Shown one piece after another: positions 10,010 to 20,189 of a stretch of 64,000 bases of DNA. The notes under the pieces are model-generated. The model was not told the origin of the DNA, searched no databases, and saw only the letters and a program-made list of their open reading frames with translations. Within the stretch, counting starts at the first letter, position 1. Each line of letters starts with the position of its first letter. The DNA comes from Cenarchaeum sp. (lineage in GTDB: Archaea > Thermoproteota > Nitrososphaeria > Nitrososphaerales > Nitrosopumilaceae). The position numbers and the translations under genes are program-made. The stretch is taken from positions 224,001-288,000 of the forward strand of contig OZ243037.1 of NCBI GenBank assembly GCA_965212015.1, read 5' to 3'.

Positions 10010-10544
10010 GATAATTGCCTAGAACCGCTGATCCTTATACTTTTCTGTTCAAAATTGTTCAGTAGGCGAAATTATTTTTGAGCGTCAGTATAGTAGGGCA
10101 ATCAAACGGCTCAATATTTATTACATAGAAAAATGAGCAAATCTTTAAGATCAGGAATCTTTGACTAATTTTTTTGATCACTGATTTTTCACATGCACCA
10201 TGGATGCAAAAAATGAAAAACCCTCCTGGGCCTATCAACGTAACAAACACACCATGGATTCGACCGTATGGTTGGAATGATTTTTGTATCGCCTCCTGAA
10301 ATCCGGGATAACATTATCCTGTATGGATCGTGCGTGATGCCAATCGCTGAATTGTCCGAATTTTTAAAAATTTTCAGCCAAATCAGTTCATCGGTTTTTT
10401 AAAACAAAATCACATGCATATCTGATTAATGAATCTGCCACTAATGATTCAGGTATATGTGGTATGATAACTCTGACTATCGACCAATGATTTGTTGTCG
10501 TAGGACATAACATTGTTAAATGCGAGACAGGAGTTTATCCACCT

Positions 10545-10832
10545 TCAATCTATTTTGCACGGCAACCAATAACCAACATCATCCTCCTCCCAACACCCTA
10601 TACCTGTCTCTAGTAATTTTTCATTTGGGACTCTATTGCCTGATTCGTCAATAATTTTACAATTTGGTTTTTGCTGAAAACGTGGTTCACACTGTATATC
10701 ATAACCATAATCCCAAAGTATCGATGATTCGTGTAATTTCTTGGAATTATTTAAAGAAATTTGTCGATCTGTCAGAATATATGCTGTCATGACGATAAAA
10801 ATTATTATGACTATATAATATCTTAGTTTCAT
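10545..10832 (-). CDS. Hypothetical protein with N-terminal membrane anchor
   Basis: MKLRYYIVIIIFIVMTAYILT signal/TM followed by a Cys-containing domain. AT-rich. Start moved from the ORF-track 10889. Confidence 0.55.
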   Translation of the reverse strand: MKLRYYIVIIIFIVMTAYILTDRQISLNNSKKLHESSILWDYGYDIQCEPRFQQKPNCKIIDESGNRVPNEKLLETGIGCWEEDDVGYWLPCKID

Positions 10833-11012
10833 GATAAAAAATAAAAAATGGGCTAAATTAATGATGCGGATCCGACTGAAAAACACCATAAATGATGTGT
10901 TTTTGACGTGATTTCCAACAATATTGTTTTAGCAAACTCGAGATATCGCGATATCGTGCTCTGATCCACGTCAAATATGGAGGTCGGATCGTGAAAATGA
11001 CGGCAGAGGTGA

Positions 11013-11225
11013 TTGGAACGCCTACAATATTCCTACCTATTTTTTTACACAAGAACCGGAATGAATTATATGGTGACTTGGTCTGAACCCTACGGGTTGA
11101 TCCTATCCAAGAATCAAAAAATCATATTATGGGTAATGATCGGAGGCGCCATAGGATATTTTATAGCAGATATGGTGGCAGAAACAGTGGCAGACATCGT
11201 AATTGAGATAATTGAAGGACGTTAG
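11013..11225 (+). CDS. Small hypothetical membrane protein
   Basis: TM-like IILWVMIGGAIGYFIA. Start uncertain. Confidence 0.35.
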   Translation: MERLQYSYLFFYTRTGMNYMVTWSEPYGLILSKNQKIILWVMIGGAIGYFIADMVAETVADIVIEIIEGR

Positions 11226-11615
11226 ATAATGATATACTTGCTACGAAAATAGTTTCTATAATGACGGCAGAAGGCGATCGGGACGCTTACAGCATCCCTA
11301 CCATTTTTTATTTTTTGATATCATTGGGATTTGACACGAATAGGTTTGCCCCTGATCGGATTATGTGGCAACTTGGACATTCACAAAATAAGAAAAAATA
11401 GGCTAGTTCAACGCAGCCTTATCACGTAAGATCTGAACATTAATACGATGAATGCTCTAATAAACTTTTTATGGATCCGTAGTTCGACGATAGAATCATC
11501 ACGCAAGATCTGATAGACCGGGGCTCAAATTCACACGCCAGAATCCTCTTGAATTCCTCTTTTCTCAGCTTTATACTTTTAATCCGTGGAACCGATAAAA
11601 GGAAAAATATCCTAA

Positions 11616-11709
11616 TGGACCGGATGGGATTTGAACCCATGACCCTTGCGGGATTTGTAAATCCTTACGCAGTGTGAGTGCGTCATCCTAGCCGCTAGAC
11701 GACCGGTCC
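11616..11709 (-). tRNA. tRNA-Val(CAC) with a 21-nt non-canonical intron at 44/45 (11645-11665)
   Basis: GGACCGG acceptor stem, anticodon arm ACGCA-CTCACAC-TGCGT, T arm ATGGG-TTCAAAT-CCCAT. The extra 21 nt form a bulge-helix-bulge. Confidence 0.9.
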
Positions 11710-11760
11710 GTATTATCCATATTATAGGAAGTTTTTGTATCTTTGGGCTTGCCAAAACGG

Positions 11761-11928
11761 CTATTTCTTGACGCCCAGATTCCTGTTTTTCAGGCGTAAA
11801 TAGTTGTTTCTGCACTTTCTGCACCGCGTGGCGGCAATAGAGTTTCTTGCCCCGCAGTAAAAGCATATTTTCATGTGGAGGCGCGCCTTTTGCGCTATCT
11901 GTTTTTTTACAACATCGGTTATGGGCAT
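11761..11928 (-). CDS. rpl40e: 50S ribosomal protein L40e
   Basis: MPITD...KICFYCGARNSIAATRCRKCR...LRLK. Confidence 0.95.
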   Translation of the reverse strand: MPITDVVKKQIAQKARLHMKICFYCGARNSIAATRCRKCRNNYLRLKNRNLGVKK

Positions 11929-11962
11929 GCCTGAACCTACCTCAAAACCCCTCACTATTAAT

Positions 11963-12880
11963 TTAATCGGACTGGCCTGATATTTTCGTGGCCAGCAGCA
12001 CGGGTACCTCGGCGGGGCGCTTTGCCACCGGAATGTTTGCCCTGTTGAACATCGATATCTTGGATTCGGCGGATCCATAGTTTCCCATCACTATGGCGCC
12101 GGCATGGCCCATCCTCTTTTCCTTCGGGGCGGCCCTTCCGGCAATGTATGCCACGACGGGCTTTTCAAACCCCGAGTCTATTATTTTCTGGGCCAAAAGC
12201 TCCTCTGCATCCCCGCCGATCTCCCCTACGATCACCAGCCCCTGCAGCTTTGGGGCGTCCTTTACCATGTCAAATGCGTCGACAAGCCTGGTGCCGTTTA
12301 CGGGATCCCCGCCGATTCCAAGCGTCATGTACTGGCCGAATCCCATCTGCGTCAGCGCATTGGAGATCTCGTACAGCAGCGTCCCGCTCTTTGATAGCAC
12401 GGCAATGTCTCCTGCCCTGAAGGGGCTTGCGGGCATTATTCCCACCTTGATTATCCCGGGTATTATCACCCCCGGCGTGTTGGGCCCTATCACTATGGCG
12501 TCTTTTTGCTTTGCCATCTCTAGCAGCTCAAGGGTGTCACGTATGGGCACGTGCTCCGGAATTGCAACCAGCAGCTTGACTCCAGATTCCAGCGCGTCTT
12601 TTGCCGCACCCAGAAAAAACTTTGCCGGAACAAAGAGAATGGAGATTTTCGCCCCTGTTGCGCCGACTGCCTCGCCTACAGAGTCGTATATCGGAACACC
12701 GTCGAATTTTTCGCCGCCCTTGCCCGGCGTTACCCCGGCTGCAATGTTTGTGCCGTATTCCCGCATGAGTCTGGTGTGCGTCGAGCCGAACTTGCCTGTT
12801 ATTCCCTGGACGATTACGGGCTTTTTCTTATAGTCCGAATCCCCGGGATCGCCGCACAGCAGCTCAAAAATGTCGGTCAT
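11963..12880 (-). CDS. sucD: Succinyl-CoA synthetase alpha subunit
   Basis: VQGITGKFG, GVTPGKGG, GPNTPG, RMGHAGA. Confidence 0.97.
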   Translation of the reverse strand: MTDIFELLCGDPGDSDYKKKPVIVQGITGKFGSTHTRLMREYGTNIAAGVTPGKGGEKFDGVPIYDSVGEAVGATGAKISILFVPAKFFLGAAKDALESGVKLLVAIPEHVPIRDTLELLEMAKQKDAIVIGPNTPGVIIPGIIKVGIMPASPFRAGDIAVLSKSGTLLYEISNALTQMGFGQYMTLGIGGDPVNGTRLVDAFDMVKDAPKLQGLVIVGEIGGDAEELLAQKIIDSGFEKPVVAYIAGRAAPKEKRMGHAGAIVMGNYGSAESKISMFNRANIPVAKRPAEVPVLLATKISGQSD

Positions 12881-13983
12881 TTTTTTACCCCCATTACGGC
12901 GGCATTGATTGCCTCCTCCACCGTGTCATAAAGTTTGGTCTTTGAATCCTTTAGCATGTCCTTTGCCTTATCGGACTCTGCACCGCGGAGTCTTGCAAAG
13001 ACCGGCAGGTCGATCAGGTGCGAGTCGTACGCCTTGATGAACGCAGCCGCAACCGTTGTCGTTTTTACGATTCCGCCATACAGGTTTACCAGAATGCACC
13101 TTACCCTGTCCATCTCGCTGATCAGAGTCAGCGCCTCGTATACGGATTCCGGCGTGGCGCCGCCGCCAACATCCAAAAAGCACGCGGGCCTTCCCCCGCT
13201 GTCGGCAAGCATGTCAAGAGTCGACATTACGAGTCCGGCGCCGTTTCCTATCACGGCTATGTTGCCGTCAAGCTCCACGAGTGAAAACCCGTTTTTCTCC
13301 GCCCTTTGCTCCAGCTCGGATATCTTTTGATACTTTGCCATCTCGTTGTGCCTGAAATTGGAATTGTCGTCTGTCATTATCTTGCCGTCAAGCGCAAGCA
13401 TCGAGCCGTCGCCGGTTATCACCAGCGGATTTATCTCTACTAGCTCTGCCTCCTTTTCTATTGTAAGCTTTGAGAGCCTCTGCAGTATGTCTGCAAGGGC
13501 GTCAGCCGACCTTCCCTCGAGGTTCATCTCTTTTGCAATTTTGTGTGCCGTACTGCGGTCGACGTGCCCGCGTCCCACCTCCGTTATGATCTGATCTTTG
13601 ATCGACTCTATCTCCATTCCGCCCTTTGAGGACGCAATCACCGTATAGCACCTCTTGCTCCGGTTCAAAAACAGCGACAGATACAGCTCTTTTTTGATGT
13701 CTGCCATTTTTTCAAGCATGACTGCCTGCGCCCGTTCGCCCTTTATGCTCATCTCCAATACCTGCGGATATTTCAGCTCAAACTCGTCGTCGCTGCCGCA
13801 CTTTTGGATTCCGCCTGCCTTGCCCCTTCCGCCGACTGGAACCTGGATCTTGATTACAAACGGATAGCCCAGCTCCCCGGCGTCCTTTCGCCCCTGTTCG
13901 ATGTCCCTCGAGGTCCTGCTAGGCGGCATGTTTATGCCGTATTCCCTGAAAAGCTCCTTTGCCTGGTACTCCAATAGGCGCAT
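12877..13983 (-). CDS. sucC: Succinyl-CoA synthetase beta subunit
   Basis: LLEYQAKELF, GGRGKAGG, EINPL, GNGAGL, FLDVGGGA. Confidence 0.97.
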   Translation of the reverse strand: MRLLEYQAKELFREYGINMPPSRTSRDIEQGRKDAGELGYPFVIKIQVPVGGRGKAGGIQKCGSDDEFELKYPQVLEMSIKGERAQAVMLEKMADIKKELYLSLFLNRSKRCYTVIASSKGGMEIESIKDQIITEVGRGHVDRSTAHKIAKEMNLEGRSADALADILQRLSKLTIEKEAELVEINPLVITGDGSMLALDGKIMTDDNSNFRHNEMAKYQKISELEQRAEKNGFSLVELDGNIAVIGNGAGLVMSTLDMLADSGGRPACFLDVGGGATPESVYEALTLISEMDRVRCILVNLYGGIVKTTTVAAAFIKAYDSHLIDLPVFARLRGAESDKAKDMLKDSKTKLYDTVEEAINAAVMGVKK

Positions 13984-14023
13984 GTAGGTGTCATCCCCGT
14001 AATGCCTTATATTCGTATTATCG

Positions 14024-14353
14024 CTATTTCAGCTGGATCTCTAAAAGCGAGACAATCTGCAAGAACCGGTCGCGGCTTTTTCGAATCAGCCTGCTTGGAT
14101 ACTCGTCTATGGAAAAGACAAACTGCTCGTGAATGGTGGGCGGCATGACGCCACCGGAGACTATCCTCTGCTCGACTATGTGGCTTCTGCCCAGCGTGCA
14201 GACTATCTCCTCGTAGGAGCCCTCCTCCTCCTCTAGTGTCTGCCTGTACAGCACGATGGGTGCATTGGTGCGGCTGACCACGCCGGAGCCCTTTCTTAGC
14301 AGCTCGACTAGGTGCCGTATCTGCCATGCGTCAAGGCTGATCTGCTTGACCAT
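14024..14353 (-). CDS. Hypothetical protein
   Basis: 109-aa ORF co-oriented between ileS and sucC. Confidence 0.75.
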   Translation of the reverse strand: MVKQISLDAWQIRHLVELLRKGSGVVSRTNAPIVLYRQTLEEEEGSYEEIVCTLGRSHIVEQRIVSGGVMPPTIHEQFVFSIDEYPSRLIRKSRDRFLQIVSLLEIQLK

Positions 14354-14407
14354 GCTGGTAATACGCAGAGTTTCTATTTATCATGCACGTGTAAAGATTT
14401 TTTGTCA

Positions 14408-17400
14408 TTACTCGACTGAAATTCGGATTTTTTGACCGTCTATATCGTCGTCCTTGTACTGCCTGCACGACTGTACAAAGTCGATTTTTTCGACCCTGAC
14501 TAGAAACGCGAGATCCTTTGTCTTTTCCCCCAAAAGATCCCGCTGCCCCTCATCCAGGCCCAGTATGGATGCCACGCGCAGCATATCGGTGGGATTGTAC
14601 CCCCTCTCCTTTCTGAGTGTCTGAAGCCGTCTTGCAATGTCCTTTACCAGTCCACGCGCAATGTTTCGCGACGTGGAGACGAACACCACAAAATCCCCGC
14701 GACTCGCCACCGCGTGGCCCTCCTTTGAGTCAAAATCCACCGTGAAATCCTCGCTGTCCAGGGTTATCCTGCCTTTGCCTGCGTCAAACCCGCATGTTCC
14801 GTCCTTGCGCAGGCTGGCGACTATCTGCCCGGGATCTGTGGCCTCAAAGCTGCTTACCAGGGCGCCCATGGACTGTTTTGCCCTGGGGCCGACTCTGCCC
14901 CTTTCCAGCCCGATTCTGGGGGCTACGGGGAGGTTTAGATCCATTAGCTCCATCAGCCGCCCCAGGCCGCCGGATGCCTTGATCTCGTGTATGGTGTATT
15001 TTTCCACGTTTAGCTGCGAGAGCAGCAATCCTGAGAGCGACTCTAGCTTTTCTTTTTGTTCTCCGACCACACAAATGACTGCCTCATCAAGCGGCCACCT
15101 GCGCTTTAGCTTTCCGCTCATCCTTGCTGCGGCGGAAACGGAGACTGCCTCCTTGAGCAGATCAAATGACTCCTCGACTGCGTCGTTTTCCATGGCGTCT
15201 TGCGCTGTAGGCCACGATTCAAGCAGGATGCTCTCCTTGCCGGCAAACGTGCCTAGGTACAGATAGTCACTCGTGTACGGGCACAGCGGGTGCACCAGCA
15301 CGTCAAGCGTCCTGAGTACTTTTGAGAGTACTGCGTATATCGCGCGCCGCCTCCCTTTTTTGGAGTCGTCCTCGTCCCACAGCTCCTCTCTGATTATCGG
15401 AACGTAAATCTGGCTTAGCAGGTTGATTATATAGTCCTCAAGCGCCCTTGCGGACTCGTGAAACCTGCACGCGTCGCTTAGCTCGCCGCATTTTTTGATC
15501 AGCTTTTGCAGCTTTGATAGGAGCCACACGTCTGGCGACTGCAAAAGATTCTCCTCCCTTGCCCATGCGACAGTCGTGTTTTTGTCAAACCCGTCATACT
15601 CGCTGTTCTGCCTGAAATACAGGTGCAGGTGGTACAGCGTGCTGAGTACCTGGTACGGCCTCGACATCATCTCGTCTGTGCTAAAGCTCAGCGGCTCAAT
15701 CGGGCTTGACTTCCACATAAAGTAAAACCGAACCAGATCCACCGGATATTCTGTCAGCAATTCCTCCGCGTCGATTACGTTTCCGAGGCTCTTGCTCATC
15801 TTGCCGCCGTTTTTGTCAAGCACGTGGCCCTGAAACAGAAACGACTTGTACGGGGACGTGGGCGAATCACTGCGTATCACGTTTTCAATCAGCAGCGTGT
15901 ACGCCCAGCCCCTGGTCTGATCAATGCCTTCTGTAAAGAATTCTGCGGGAATGTACCTGGAATATGCCTCGTCTGTCAGCGAGGAGAACGGCGCAGCACC
16001 GCTGTTGTGCCACGTGTCTAGCACGAACTGCTCCCTCTCTGTGTCAGTACTGCCGCATTTTGTACACCTTGTCCTGATGCCATCTATCCACGGCCGGTGC
16101 AGCTCAAAGCTCTCCCCGTCGGGAAGATCCACTGCCGCATTGATAATCTCCTGCCTTGAAAAAAACCAGTCCCTGTTTTTGCACTCGGCACAGTTCCACG
16201 CGGGAATGGGGCATCCCCAGAACCTCTCCCTTGAGATGCACCACGGGTGCCTCTCCCGGACTATTCCAAGAAAGCGGTTCCTTGGGGCCTCAAAGAAATA
16301 TTCGACATTTTCAGCGGCCCTGACTGCCTTGTCTTTTAGCCTGTCCAGCTTGTAAAACCACCCCCTTCGCGCCATCCATATTATCCTGTGCCTGGAGCGC
16401 CAGCAGAGCGGATACTTGTGCCTGATTTTTCCAATCTTGACTAGGGCGCCTTTTTCCCTCAGATCGTCGACTATGCGCCTGTCTGCGTCCCTGACAAAGA
16501 GCCCCGCGTACCTGCCTGCATCTGCGGTGAATCTTGCCTCGTCGTCAATCGGGTTAAACACGCTTACGTTGCGCCTCCTTGCAATCCTAATGTCCTCCTC
16601 GCCGTTGGCAGGGGACAGGTGCACCAGCCCGCTTCCCGTGCTTGCGTCGACAAACTCTTCGGCCACTGTGGTGTGATAGTTTTCCTTTTCTGCGAGCTTT
16701 TGCAGCGCCGGAATCTCGTCGTACAGCGGGTGGATGTATCTCTTGCCCTCAAACTCGGAGCCTTTTGCAGTCTTTATAATGCGGTACTCTGTGATTTTTG
16801 CCTCCTGTAACAGCTCGTCGGTCCTGCTTTTTCCGACTATCCACATCTCCTCTCCCACTGTAATGTAATTATAGTCCTCGTTCGGATTCAGGCCCACCAT
16901 TGCGTCTGTTACCAGCGTAAAGGGCATCGTAGTCCAGACAATCAAAAACGCGTCGTCGTCTGCCAGCCTTACCTTGTAGTAGAGCGAGGGATCCTGCACC
17001 TGCTCGTATGCCTGGCCCACCTCTGCATGGCTCAGCGACGCCTGGCAGCTGGGACAGTATGCGATTACGGTATAGTCGTCCTCGAGTATTCCGCCCTGCA
17101 TGGCCTTTTTGAGCAGCTGCCACTCCCTTTCGATGTACCTGTCGTCATACGTCCAGTATGCGCCGTCCTGATCAAGGGACATGCCGAGCAGGCCGTCCAC
17201 CTTGACCCACTTTTTGCTGTATTTTTTTACAATTTTTTTGCACTCGGCTACGAGCTTTTCTATTCCGACCTCCTCCATCAGCTCCTTTTTGCCCCCCTTT
17301 ACCCCGAGCTCCTTTTGCGCCTGCAGCTCCACTGGCAGTCCCTGCGTGTCCCATCCTGCGTTGAAGACTATGTCCTTGCCGCGCAGCGTATTGTACCTGT

Positions 17401-17593
17401 ACCAGAAATCCTTTATCACCCTCCCCCTGAGGTGTCCTGCGTGCGGCGTGCCGTTCATCGTGGGGGGCCCCTCGATGAACATGATCCGATCCCTTTTTGA
17501 CCCGGAGATCTTTTCTTGCAGGTCTATTCCCGCAAGGTGCCGCCTCATATGATCCTCTATCTTTTTGGAGTCGAACTCTTTTGAAAGATCCAT
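14408..17593 (-). CDS. ileS: Isoleucine--tRNA ligase
   Basis: EGPP...PHAGH (HIGH), GWDTQGLP, WTTMPFTL, WCISRERFWG, EGIDQTRGW, KMSKS. Confidence 0.97.
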   Translation of the reverse strand: MDLSKEFDSKKIEDHMRRHLAGIDLQEKISGSKRDRIMFIEGPPTMNGTPHAGHLRGRVIKDFWYRYNTLRGKDIVFNAGWDTQGLPVELQAQKELGVKGGKKELMEEVGIEKLVAECKKIVKKYSKKWVKVDGLLGMSLDQDGAYWTYDDRYIEREWQLLKKAMQGGILEDDYTVIAYCPSCQASLSHAEVGQAYEQVQDPSLYYKVRLADDDAFLIVWTTMPFTLVTDAMVGLNPNEDYNYITVGEEMWIVGKSRTDELLQEAKITEYRIIKTAKGSEFEGKRYIHPLYDEIPALQKLAEKENYHTTVAEEFVDASTGSGLVHLSPANGEEDIRIARRRNVSVFNPIDDEARFTADAGRYAGLFVRDADRRIVDDLREKGALVKIGKIRHKYPLCWRSRHRIIWMARRGWFYKLDRLKDKAVRAAENVEYFFEAPRNRFLGIVRERHPWCISRERFWGCPIPAWNCAECKNRDWFFSRQEIINAAVDLPDGESFELHRPWIDGIRTRCTKCGSTDTEREQFVLDTWHNSGAAPFSSLTDEAYSRYIPAEFFTEGIDQTRGWAYTLLIENVIRSDSPTSPYKSFLFQGHVLDKNGGKMSKSLGNVIDAEELLTEYPVDLVRFYFMWKSSPIEPLSFSTDEMMSRPYQVLSTLYHLHLYFRQNSEYDGFDKNTTVAWAREENLLQSPDVWLLSKLQKLIKKCGELSDACRFHESARALEDYIINLLSQIYVPIIREELWDEDDSKKGRRRAIYAVLSKVLRTLDVLVHPLCPYTSDYLYLGTFAGKESILLESWPTAQDAMENDAVEESFDLLKEAVSVSAAARMSGKLKRRWPLDEAVICVVGEQKEKLESLSGLLLSQLNVEKYTIHEIKASGGLGRLMELMDLNLPVAPRIGLERGRVGPRAKQSMGALVSSFEATDPGQIVASLRKDGTCGFDAGKGRITLDSEDFTVDFDSKEGHAVASRGDFVVFVSTSRNIARGLVKDIARRLQTLRKERGYNPTDMLRVASILGLDEGQRDLLGEKTKDLAFLVRVEKIDFVQSCRQYKDDDIDGQKIRISVE

Positions 17594-17701
17594 GCGTGAA
17601 TTCCAAGCAATAACACGGCTAAATTAGTCTTACAATTGATTACCGCGGGGGCCAAGGCGGCGCCGGGCACTTGCCGCTTTTGCGCGCAGGCGCCCGCACC
17701 T

Positions 17702-18271
17702 TTAGGATCGTTTCGTGACCCTGATTATCTCGTCTTCTGTGACAATCCAGTCCATGCCGACATCATCAGAGGTGACCGGGATGGATTTTACCATCTGTCT
17801 TGAATACGACACTGCAAATGACACGGTGTCGGTTTTTGCAAGAAACCGGTCATAGTATCCGCGCCCGTATCCGAGCCTGGAGCCGTCCCTTGAGAGTCCG
17901 ACAGACGGGACTATTGTGACGTCGGGATTCTCGCACGGCGGGGCGTCCTCTCTGGGCTCCATGATGTCATATGCGCCCCTCTCCATTCCCTCCATGCCCG
18001 TTATCTGCCTAAAGTGCATCTCTTTTTGTGCAATCCTGGGAAGGCAGACCTGTCTTCCGCGGCTCAGCGCGTCGAGCATAATGTCGTGCGTCAGGATCTC
18101 GCTTCCCGTCGGATAATAGCACGCGACTGACTGTGCATCCCTGAACTCCCTGATGGTGCCCAGCTTGCGGAATATCTTTTGGCTGACTATTCCTATCATG
18201 TCGTGCGAGTTGGCGTCCCTTCTCTCAAGCAGCATCTTGCGGAGCGCCGACTTTTTAGGATCCTGGGCCAA
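17702..18271 (-). CDS. 5-formyltetrahydrofolate cyclo-ligase
   Basis: KSALRK, EP, RLGYGRGYYDRFL. Confidence 0.95.
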   Translation of the reverse strand: MAQDPKKSALRKMLLERRDANSHDMIGIVSQKIFRKLGTIREFRDAQSVACYYPTGSEILTHDIMLDALSRGRQVCLPRIAQKEMHFRQITGMEGMERGAYDIMEPREDAPPCENPDVTIVPSVGLSRDGSRLGYGRGYYDRFLAKTDTVSFAVSYSRQMVKSIPVTSDDVGMDWIVTEDEIIRVTKRS

Positions 18272-19121
18272 GTCCCCCGCTCAGTGACGCCGCCATTACC
18301 GTGTTTTTTAGCAGCATTGCGACAGTCATCGGCCCCACGCCCCCGGGAACCGGGGTGGCGTACGACGCCTTTTTGATTATCTCGTCATAATCCGCATCCC
18401 CCGCAAGCTTGCCGCCGCGTCTGGAAATGGCGACATCGATGACTATTGCGCCGTCCCTTATCATGTCCGGGGCAAGCTCAAATGCGTCCCTGTTGCCCAC
18501 TCCGGTAATTACAATGTCTGCGCTCCGGCAGTGTCCTGCAATGTCCCTTGACTTGGAATGGCACACGGTGACAGTGGCGTCCCGCTCTAGCAGCAGGTTG
18601 AAAAGCGGCCTTCCCACAAGGCCGCTGCGGTTTATGATTACCACGTGCTTTCCCGCAAGCCCGATATTGCAAAAATCAAACATCTCCATTATTCCAGACG
18701 GGGTGCATGCGATCAGGGCGGCCTTTTTCATGGAGAGCAGCCCGGCATTGTGCGGCGTCAGCCCGTCGACGTCCTTTGTCGGCAGAATCCTCGAGACTGT
18801 CTCAAACGCATCCAGGCCTGCCGGCAGCGGCATCTGCACGAGTATCCCGTGGACCGCACCGTCGCAGCTTAGCCGCTCGACGAGCTGGTTTAGCTCGTCT
18901 TGCGATGCGGATTCGAGCCTGTGATCTCTTGTGGCGATTCCCACCTCCTGGCACGCCCTGTGCTTGTTTTTTACGTATGTTGCCGACGCGGGATCATCGC
19001 CTACCAGCACGGTCGCAAGGCACGGATTGACGCCCCGTGACTTTAGTATGTCCACTGATTTTTTTACCCTGTCTTTTACTGACTGTGCGATGAGATTGCC
19101 GTCGATCTTGGTTCCGGGCAT
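18255..19121 (-). CDS. folD: Bifunctional methylene-THF dehydrogenase/cyclohydrolase
   Basis: YVKNK, GILVQMPLP, KDVDG, CTPSG, TPVPGGVGPMTVAML. Confidence 0.96.
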   Translation of the reverse strand: MPGTKIDGNLIAQSVKDRVKKSVDILKSRGVNPCLATVLVGDDPASATYVKNKHRACQEVGIATRDHRLESASQDELNQLVERLSCDGAVHGILVQMPLPAGLDAFETVSRILPTKDVDGLTPHNAGLLSMKKAALIACTPSGIMEMFDFCNIGLAGKHVVIINRSGLVGRPLFNLLLERDATVTVCHSKSRDIAGHCRSADIVITGVGNRDAFELAPDMIRDGAIVIDVAISRRGGKLAGDADYDEIIKKASYATPVPGGVGPMTVAMLLKNTVMAASLSGGLGPGS

Positions 19122-19229
19122 TGCGTGTAGTGCGGTTTTTTGCTATTTATTCCTTGGATTGTACCGCATTGATCCCGTTTATGGCATTACCCGTGGTTTA
19201 TATCAAATCCCGCGGCCATTACCTCTGAT

Positions 19230-20189
19230 TTGCCCGGAAAAGTGCGCATGACAAAAAACGGAATATCATACGAGACTCCCCGGCACACGGTGGCCCTTGA
19301 TCCGCGGCGGGCAGACAGGTGCGGCATAAACTTTGTCTCACACGCGCACATGGATCACCTTCCGGCCTGCAACGGCGGCGTGATCCTTGCATCAGTCGAG
19401 ACCGGCCGGATTGCCGGCCTGAGGGGATTTGGGATGGAAAACCGCGTCGAGAGCATGGAGGGATTTACGATGATAGACAGCGGGCACATTCTCGGGGCGC
19501 GGGGGCTGCTGACTGACGATCTTTTTTACACGGGGGACACGTGCGGCAGGAGCAGGGGGTTTCTTCCCGCGGCGCGAATCCCGGAATGCAAGACCATGAT
19601 TACAGAGTGCACGTTTGGGCTGCCAGAGTTCGAGTTTCCGGAAATCCGGCATATAGTCTCGCAGGTAAACGGGATAATTGCAGACATGTACTCCAAGGGC
19701 AGGCCCGTAATACTGATGGGATACGAGCTTGGCAAGGCGCAGACGCTCAGCGATTTGTTTGGGCACTGGGAGCCGCTTGTATACCACGACTCTGTAAAAA
19801 AAATGAACGACCTGCACCGGGATCTCGGAATAAGCCTGAGGCCGGCACCGGGGCACACGGAGGCAGAATCGGCGGGAATTCTTGCGAAAAAGCCGTGGGT
19901 AATGATTGCCCCGATGATGTCCGAGAAAAACCCGTTTGTTCTCCGCATGAAGTCCGAGTATGACGCGATAACTGTGGGCTTTAGCGGGTGGGCAAAGTCC
20001 AGACGGTTTGCATTCGGACGCCGGTGCGACTATTCGATTCCGCTCAGCGATCACTGCGACTTTGGCGAGCTAGTCGCGATGGTAAAAAAATCCGGCGCCG
20101 AAAAGGTGTACACGACCCACGGGTTTGTCGGCGAGTTTGCAGCCAGCCTCAACGGAATGGGAATCGACGCGCGGCCGCTTTTGGCCTAG
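19230..20189 (+). CDS. Metallo-beta-lactamase/beta-CASP nuclease
   Basis: SHAHMDH, GHILG, YTGD, ECTFG, LGKAQ, SDHCDF, THG. Confidence 0.9.
   Translation: MPGKVRMTKNGISYETPRHTVALDPRRADRCGINFVSHAHMDHLPACNGGVILASVETGRIAGLRGFGMENRVESMEGFTMIDSGHILGARGLLTDDLFYTGDTCGRSRGFLPAARIPECKTMITECTFGLPEFEFPEIRHIVSQVNGIIADMYSKGRPVILMGYELGKAQTLSDLFGHWEPLVYHDSVKKMNDLHRDLGISLRPAPGHTEAESAGILAKKPWVMIAPMMSEKNPFVLRMKSEYDAITVGFSGWAKSRRFAFGRRCDYSIPLSDHCDFGELVAMVKKSGAEKVYTTHGFVGEFAASLNGMGIDARPLLA

Larger units (their letters stand above)
7901..10090 (-). mobile_element. IS630-family element (outer copy, 1094 bp, split into 7901-8158 and 9255-10090)
   Basis: Ends CTCCGTCGATCATAAGTTATTTCGCCT and AGGCGAAATTATTTTTGAGCGTCAGTA form an imperfect inverted repeat. 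TA flanks at 7899-7900 and 10091-10092. Appears identical to the inner copy. Confidence 0.92.
7601..10128 (+). pseudogene. Small membrane protein gene interrupted near its 3' end by IS630
   Basis: Hydrophobic ORF reads into the IS at 7901. Removing the IS and one TA joins ...AVII to VGQSNGSIFIT* (10093-10128) in frame. Confidence 0.55.

Noticed and set aside
10059-10250. 63-aa ORF ending ILTLKNNFAY
   Set aside because: Read-through into the IS630 terminal repeat.
11440-12078. ORFs 11440-11640, 11612-11866 and the long N-terminus of 11761-12078
   Set aside because: They overlap tRNA-Val, rpl40e or sucD. rpl40e starts at 11928.
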